Shown here: positions 48,773 through 53,904 of the stretch, piece after piece
Numbering within the stretch: position 1 is the first letter of the stretch
How the letters are laid out: every line of letters starts with the position of its first letter
Source: Candidatus Eiseniibacteriota bacterium
GTDB taxonomy: Bacteria > Eisenbacteria > RBG-16-71-46 > CAZEPH01
DNA: 53,904 bases
Assembly (NCBI GenBank): GCA_044229145.1
Contig: JBGATO010000024.1
Coordinates: 1-53,904, forward strand
Reading direction: 5' to 3'
Translations under genes and position numbers: made by a program
The notes under the pieces: model-generated
Told to the model about the DNA's origin: nothing
What the model saw: the letters and a program-made list of their open reading frames with translations, nothing else
The model's database searches: none

Positions 48773-50200
48773 TCACGATCGGGCAGAGTCCGCCGGACGC
48801 CACCACGCGATGAGCGTCGTGCCGCCGATGACGAAGGCAAAGTAGGGCGCCCAGAAGTCGATGTTGAGCATCCACGTGGTCGTCGCCTTCATCAGCAGAT
48901 AGAGGAAGCCGCCCGCCCATCCGAGCATCACGCCGCGAATTTCGTCGGTCGGGGCGCGGAGGTAGGCGCGCAAATGCGTGCCGCCCCACGAGGCCAGGAA
49001 GAAGGCGAAGCAGAGAAAGCCCACCGCGCCGGTCTTGGACAGCACGTAGAGGTAGCTATTGTGGCAGTAGTTGTAGGTGTACCAGCCGTAGGGCGGCAGA
49101 TAGAAGTGATTGAGGTGCCCGAGTCCCGCCCCGAACACCGGATGTGCGCGGAACGTCCGGTACGCATCGTTCCACTCGAGCAATCGCTGCGCGATGGACA
49201 GGTCGACGTTTTCGAGCGAGATCGACTTGGTCCGCTCCACGAATGACTGCTGGAGCGGAATCCCGATGGCCTGCAACACGACGATCATGGCGCCCACCGA
49301 CACGACGGCGAACACGAAGGTCTCGATCATGCGGCGCCGCGAGCGCAGGCCGACCAGAAGGAGCATCGCCACGAAACCGAGACCGAGCGCAAGGTAGGTG
49401 CCGCGCGAGTACGTGAGGAAACACGCGATGACTTGGATGAGCACCGAGAGGAAGAGCAGCCCGCGTCGCTCCGGCCGCGCGTCCAGGACGAGCATTCCGA
49501 GCGCCGACAGCAATGCCAGCGGATACACGATTTCGCTCGGACCGATGAGGCGCGCGAACTGCAGATTCAGACCGTAGATGTGAAAGCCCGGCCCGGTGAG
49601 CGAGCGGACGATCCCCCACACGCCGCCGACCATCCCGGCGTAGATCCCCACCCAGGCGAACCGCACGACGCGTTCCGGACTACCGAGCAGGCAGGGCGTG
49701 AGGAGCGCGCACGAATAGTAGGCGAAGGGCCGCAGGTCGAAGAAGACATTCGCCCGTGCATTCCCCGAGGCGAGTCCGTGCAGCGCCATCCCGGTCATCA
49801 CGACGGTCTGGAATGCGGCCGGCCAGAACAGCCGCACGCCGGGCGTCCACGCAAGCGGGCGGCCGATCGCGGCACGCACCGCCAGCCCTGCAAGCGCGAG
49901 GACGATGAGCCAGTCGGCGGGATACCAGTTGAAGCCGAGCAACCGGACGACGAACGGATCGAGCGCGTAATACCAGACGCCCATGACCAAGCAGGCCAGC
50001 GCGAGCGGCAGAACATCGGGACGCGCCAACATCAGCGCCGCCAGCAGCAGGGACGCCGTGGCCGCGATGCCGGCCGCCGGTGACACCGTCGCGGCCAGGA
50101 TCACGCTCAGAAGCAGTCCGAACCCGCATGTCGCCGGCCATCCGGTGAGCCGGCGGACCGTCTGCGTGCGCGCGAGCGCCGCCGCACCGCCCACGGTCAT
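48773..50200 (-). CDS. O-antigen ligase / Wzy polymerase family protein
   Basis: LTYSRGTY, HPVFGAGLG, CHNSYLYVLSKTGAVG. Confidence 0.85.
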   Translation of the reverse strand: MTVGGAAALARTQTVRRLTGWPATCGFGLLLSVILAATVSPAAGIAATASLLLAALMLARPDVLPLALACLVMGVWYYALDPFVVRLLGFNWYPADWLIVLALAGLAVRAAIGRPLAWTPGVRLFWPAAFQTVVMTGMALHGLASGNARANVFFDLRPFAYYSCALLTPCLLGSPERVVRFAWVGIYAGMVGGVWGIVRSLTGPGFHIYGLNLQFARLIGPSEIVYPLALLSALGMLVLDARPERRGLLFLSVLIQVIACFLTYSRGTYLALGLGFVAMLLLVGLRSRRRMIETFVFAVVSVGAMIVVLQAIGIPLQQSFVERTKSISLENVDLSIAQRLLEWNDAYRTFRAHPVFGAGLGHLNHFYLPPYGWYTYNYCHNSYLYVLSKTGAVGFLCFAFFLASWGGTHLRAYLRAPTDEIRGVMLGWAGGFLYLLMKATTTWMLNIDFWAPYFAFVIGGTTLIAWWRPADSARS

Positions 50201-50203
50201 GCG

Positions 50204-51289
50204 CTACGCGCGTCCCTTGGCGTCGCGCGCCTCCAACACGAAGGCAAGCATGATGCCCCACACCACACTGAGGGCGGCGGCGGTCAGCACGACCTGCGCG
50301 CGCTTTGGCTTCGCACGGCGCTGCGGCGGCACCGCACGATCGATCACATCGACCGTCGGCGTGTCGCGTGCTTCGAGGATGCGCGCTTCTTCGAACTGCG
50401 CGGTGAGCAGGGCGAAGAGCTGTTCGTTCACCTTGACGCCGCGGTAGAGGCGGGCCGCCTCGACGCCGGCTTGCGGCACGCGGGCAAGCTGGCGGTCGAG
50501 GGCCGCCAGTGCGTTCTCGACCTCACGGACTTCCGGAGCGCCGGCCGCGTAGCTGGCGCGCAGCGCGTCGAGCTTCACCGCAGCCGCCATGCGCTCGGCC
50601 ACCAGACGGGCCGACGCGTCCATGCCTTCCGACATGCCTGCGCCCAGGAACCCCGACTTGTGCGTGCTCTCGTAATCCGCCAGCGCGCGCTCGGCGAGCG
50701 CAAGCGAATCCGCCGTCTGGCGCAACCGCTTCTCGGTGAAGACGCGCAGGGTGTGCCCCCGCGTGGTGCGGTGTTCACGGTTGAACTCGTCCAGATAGCT
50801 CACGTACGAGTTGGCCATGCGGGCCGCGCGTTCGCGGTCGCGGTCTTCGACGGCGATGACGAGCGTCCCCTCGTCGCTGGTGCTGATGCCGGTCCGCTTG
50901 CGCAGCGTGCCGATCGCGTCGTCGAGGAACTTCGCCTTGTAGACCTTCTGCAGGTCGTAGTCGTGGATGATGCGCTCGCATACCCAGCGGCTGCGCAGGA
51001 TCGCCGTGTAGACCTGCGCCGTGGTGGCGGCCCCCGGGAGGCTCACACCCGGAACCTTCACGCCGGCCAGCAAGGAGGTCAGCGACATGCCACCATCCGA
51101 ATCCTCGGGCGGCATGAGTTCGGTGCGGGCGCGGTACCACGACGGCAGCAGCAGCACCGTGATGACGGTGAGCACGCAGATGACTGCCGACTGCACGGCG
51201 ATCAGGCGACGGCGGCGCCACACCACGCGCGCGTACGCTTCGATGAGCGCGAGGCCGGACAGTCCGGCGGGAGGATTAGTTTGTGCCAT
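50204..51289 (-). CDS. Wzz/GumC polysaccharide co-polymerase (no kinase domain)
   Basis: N- and C-terminal transmembrane segments, coiled coil, VIDRAVPPQRRAKPKR. Confidence 0.85.
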   Translation of the reverse strand: MAQTNPPAGLSGLALIEAYARVVWRRRRLIAVQSAVICVLTVITVLLLPSWYRARTELMPPEDSDGGMSLTSLLAGVKVPGVSLPGAATTAQVYTAILRSRWVCERIIHDYDLQKVYKAKFLDDAIGTLRKRTGISTSDEGTLVIAVEDRDRERAARMANSYVSYLDEFNREHRTTRGHTLRVFTEKRLRQTADSLALAERALADYESTHKSGFLGAGMSEGMDASARLVAERMAAAVKLDALRASYAAGAPEVREVENALAALDRQLARVPQAGVEAARLYRGVKVNEQLFALLTAQFEEARILEARDTPTVDVIDRAVPPQRRAKPKRAQVVLTAAALSVVWGIMLAFVLEARDAKGRA

Positions 51290-52865
51290 TGGTGTTCCGG
51301 ATCACGAGGTAGACGGTGGCGAGTTGCGCGGCGATACCGACGATGTCGCGCAAGCGCGCCCACGACTGCGTGCGCGGCTTCGCGAACACCCAGACGACGT
51401 CGCCTTGCTCGAGCGGCGAACCGTCCTGCCCTTCGACGGTGTGCCAGCCACGCGGCTTGCTGACCCGCACGTGCCCGCGGTCCGCGTGGCGCGTATAGCC
51501 GCCCGCCATCTCGACGTAGTCGGAGATTGCCTTGCCGGGCGTGAAGGGAAACAGGCCGGGGCGCCGCACTTCACCTGCCAGACGCAGTTGCTGTGCGGCC
51601 CGGGCGATTTCCACGCGGTCGCCGTCGCGCAGGACCGTGTTGCGTGCGCCGGGCTCCCGCACGAGGTCGACGGTGAAGCGGCCGGCGCGGCCGGCGGCCA
51701 CCAACCGCGTCAACTCGAGGTCGCTGTCGCGCAGGCGCGCCGGATCGAGGCGCTGCAAGCCGTACACTTCGTCGTTGGCCGGCGACGCCAGCTCCCGCCG
51801 GTCGATGTTGATGGTCGAACTATCGGCGAAGGACGTCATGCCACCCGCTCGCGCCAGCACACTGGCCAATGTTTCGCCGGTGTGCAGCGCGTACGGTCCG
51901 GCGAGATTGACTTCCCCGGACACGTTCACCACCTCGGTGCGAGCGTAGTTGGTGGGACGCCGCACGTAGAGACGGTCGCCGTCGCCAATCGCCTGGGCGC
52001 GGCCGGCGGCCGAGGTCAAGTCCAGCGGCAGCGGTCCGTGCACCGTCTGGCCGTCGAAGCGATAGAACTCGCAGGTCGCCAGCTCCGCGCCCGGGAAGGC
52101 GCCGCCGGCGAGTTGCAGAGCGAGTTCGGCGGTATCGCCAGGCATGAGGTCGTAGGTGCCCGGCGCGCCTACCGCGCCGTCGACCAGGAACACCGCGCCG
52201 CGAGCCGGCACGACGACGACGTCGCCTTCGCGCACGAAAGGATTCCGGGCGAGGAATCCTGCCGCGGTGAACCCGGCGACATCCGCGAGTTCGACCGAGC
52301 CGTCGGCATGTTCGACGCGTATCCCGCGGCGTGCGGCGCGTTCGCCGAAGCCGCCGGCGCGGTCGATCACCTCCGAGACGCGCAGTGTCGCCGCGGCGCG
52401 CACTGCCTGCGGGCGCTGCACCATGCCGGTCACGAAGACCTTGAAGCGCCGCACGCCGAGCAATTCGACGAAGACATCGCTGTCGCGCACGTGGGAGCGG
52501 ACGGCGCGCTCGAGGCGTTCGCGCGCCACGCGCAGCGACAATCCGCCGACATCGATCGCGCCGGCGCCCGGCACCAGCACGCGGCCCTCCGGGGTGACCA
52601 TCAACGTGCGGGTGGTGTTGACGCGTCCCCAGATGGTGACCTGCAGACGGTCGCCCGACCCGACGCGGTAGGTATCGGCGTTCACCGGGGCGTCGGCGAC
52701 ATCGTCGACCGGCGGCGCGACGCTCGCCTTGATCGAGTCCGCCATGGCGGGTGTCATCGGCGCGCTCGCCCGCGGATCTTGCGCGGCGGCGGGCAGTGCT
52801 CCGGCGGCACACACCGCCACGATCAGTCCGCGAAGCACGCGGCTCCGCGACACACGACCTCTCAT
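51276..52865 (-). CDS. Polysaccharide export protein with SLBB repeats (Wza-like)
   Basis: Signal peptide; YRVGSGDRLQVTIWG, repeated V.G.V..PG and AGG motifs. Confidence 0.88.
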   Translation of the reverse strand: MRGRVSRSRVLRGLIVAVCAAGALPAAAQDPRASAPMTPAMADSIKASVAPPVDDVADAPVNADTYRVGSGDRLQVTIWGRVNTTRTLMVTPEGRVLVPGAGAIDVGGLSLRVARERLERAVRSHVRDSDVFVELLGVRRFKVFVTGMVQRPQAVRAAATLRVSEVIDRAGGFGERAARRGIRVEHADGSVELADVAGFTAAGFLARNPFVREGDVVVVPARGAVFLVDGAVGAPGTYDLMPGDTAELALQLAGGAFPGAELATCEFYRFDGQTVHGPLPLDLTSAAGRAQAIGDGDRLYVRRPTNYARTEVVNVSGEVNLAGPYALHTGETLASVLARAGGMTSFADSSTINIDRRELASPANDEVYGLQRLDPARLRDSDLELTRLVAAGRAGRFTVDLVREPGARNTVLRDGDRVEIARAAQQLRLAGEVRRPGLFPFTPGKAISDYVEMAGGYTRHADRGHVRVSKPRGWHTVEGQDGSPLEQGDVVWVFAKPRTQSWARLRDIVGIAAQLATVYLVIRNTNGTN

Positions 52866-52875
52866 CCTTGTCCCC

Positions 52876-53904
52876 TCATCCGTGGTGCGGGCGCGTGCGC
52901 TCGTCGAGACGGCGTCCGTATGTCGTCTCGTAATACTCGCGGAACTCCCCACTGCGAATCGGCCCCCACCAGGCCTCGTTTTCGACGTACCAGCGCACGG
53001 TGTGGCGCAGGCCGGCGTCGAAATCGTTGCGTGGCATCCAGCCGGTGCGCGTGCGCAGTTTGGTGTCGTCGATGGCGTAGCGGCGGTCGTGCCCCGGCCG
53101 GTCGGTCACGTGCTGGAGCAACGACGCCGGCTTGCCGACCGCCTCGAGGAGCGCCGCGGCGATGTCGAGCACGGACCGCTCGGTGCGCCCCGCGACATTG
53201 AACACCTCGCCTTCGGCGTCGGGCAGCTGCAACACGGTGAGCAGCGCCTGGGCGTGATCGTCGACATGAATCCAATCGCGGACGTTGCGCCCCGTGCCAT
53301 ACACCGGCAGCGGCTGATCGTGCAACGCATTCGTGACGAACAGCGGAATCATCTTCTCGGGGTACTGGAATGGCCCGTAGTTGTTCGAGCACCGCGTGAT
53401 GACCACCGGGACGCCGTAGGTGGCGAAGTACGAGTACGCGAGACGCTCTCCCCCGGCCTTGCTCGCCGCGTAGGGATTGCGCGGCACCAGCGGCGCCTCC
53501 TCCGTGGCGGCACCTTCCATCACTTCGCCGTACACTTCGTCGGTGGAGATGTGCAGGAAGCGCTGGAGGCCGACGCGGCGCGCCTCCTCGAGCAGCACGT
53601 ACACGCCGTACATGTCGGTCTGGATGAATCCGCCGGCATCGCCGATCGAGCGATCGACGTGGGTCTCCGCGGCGAAATTGACGACGTGCGTGCAGCCGGC
53701 CATCGCCGCGGCGACATCGGCGGGCGAGCAGATGTCGCCCTGCAGGAACCGATAACGCGGGTTCCCGTCGATGCCTTGGAATCGCAACGTGGCCGGGTTG
53801 CCCGCGTAGGTCAGCTTGTCGAGCACGGTGACGCGCACGTCGGCGTGCTGCCGCAGCAGTTCGCGCGTGAACGTCGACCCGATGAAACCGGCGCCCCCGG
53901 TCAC
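52876..53904 (-). CDS. rfbB: dTDP-glucose 4,6-dehydratase (5' end just outside window)
   Basis: TGGAGFIG, DKLTYAGN, AAETHVDRSI, STDEVYG, PYAASKA, NNYGPFQYPEK, DRPGHDRRY. Confidence 0.96.
   Translation of the reverse strand: MTGGAGFIGSTFTRELLRQHADVRVTVLDKLTYAGNPATLRFQGIDGNPRYRFLQGDICSPADVAAAMAGCTHVVNFAAETHVDRSIGDAGGFIQTDMYGVYVLLEEARRVGLQRFLHISTDEVYGEVMEGAATEEAPLVPRNPYAASKAGGERLAYSYFATYGVPVVITRCSNNYGPFQYPEKMIPLFVTNALHDQPLPVYGTGRNVRDWIHVDDHAQALLTVLQLPDAEGEVFNVAGRTERSVLDIAAALLEAVGKPASLLQHVTDRPGHDRRYAIDDTKLRTRTGWMPRNDFDAGLRHTVRWYVENEAWWGPIRSGEFREYYETTYGRRLDERTRPHHG

Overview
GC-rich chromosomal segment of a diderm bacterium; an FCB-group lineage such as Gemmatimonadota or Ca. Eisenbacteria is inferred from the HU insert, the PorX-tsaE-tsaB synteny and the LptD type. 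No rRNA, tRNA, CRISPR array, transposase or integrase was found. From left to right: a partial DUF2087 gene; a PatA-like acyltransferase, PimA-like GT4 and MFS operon, divergent from an unknown 135-aa gene, trpA and uppP; a signalling cluster (PAS kinase, NtrC-type activator, sigma54 promoter, pseudo-receiver, FliA/WhiG sigma28, GAF plus degenerate GGDEF, hybrid kinase) facing a csrA operon with a sigma28-type promoter; a secreted UshA-like/tetraheme cytochrome c protein with an in-frame TGA in a C-G-U motif and a SECIS-like hairpin (probable selenoprotein, truncated in the ORF track); HU, an LptA-LptD fusion, ROK, a sugar ABC ATPase, folC, accD, rimI, tsaB, tsaE and porX-like; an AbiEi/AbiEii plus DUF2971 insert between porX-like and a sensor kinase; serS; hemL, a TPR lipoprotein, hemB, hemD and hemC; and a Wzx/Wzy polysaccharide locus ending in a partial rfbB. 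Three genes carry indels or a nonsense codon that may be assembly errors. The strongest leads are the multiheme selenoprotein and the sigma54 > sigma28 > CsrA/c-di-GMP module, whose four sigma54-operon proteins all end in Ala-Ala. All calls come from reading motifs by eye; no searches were run.
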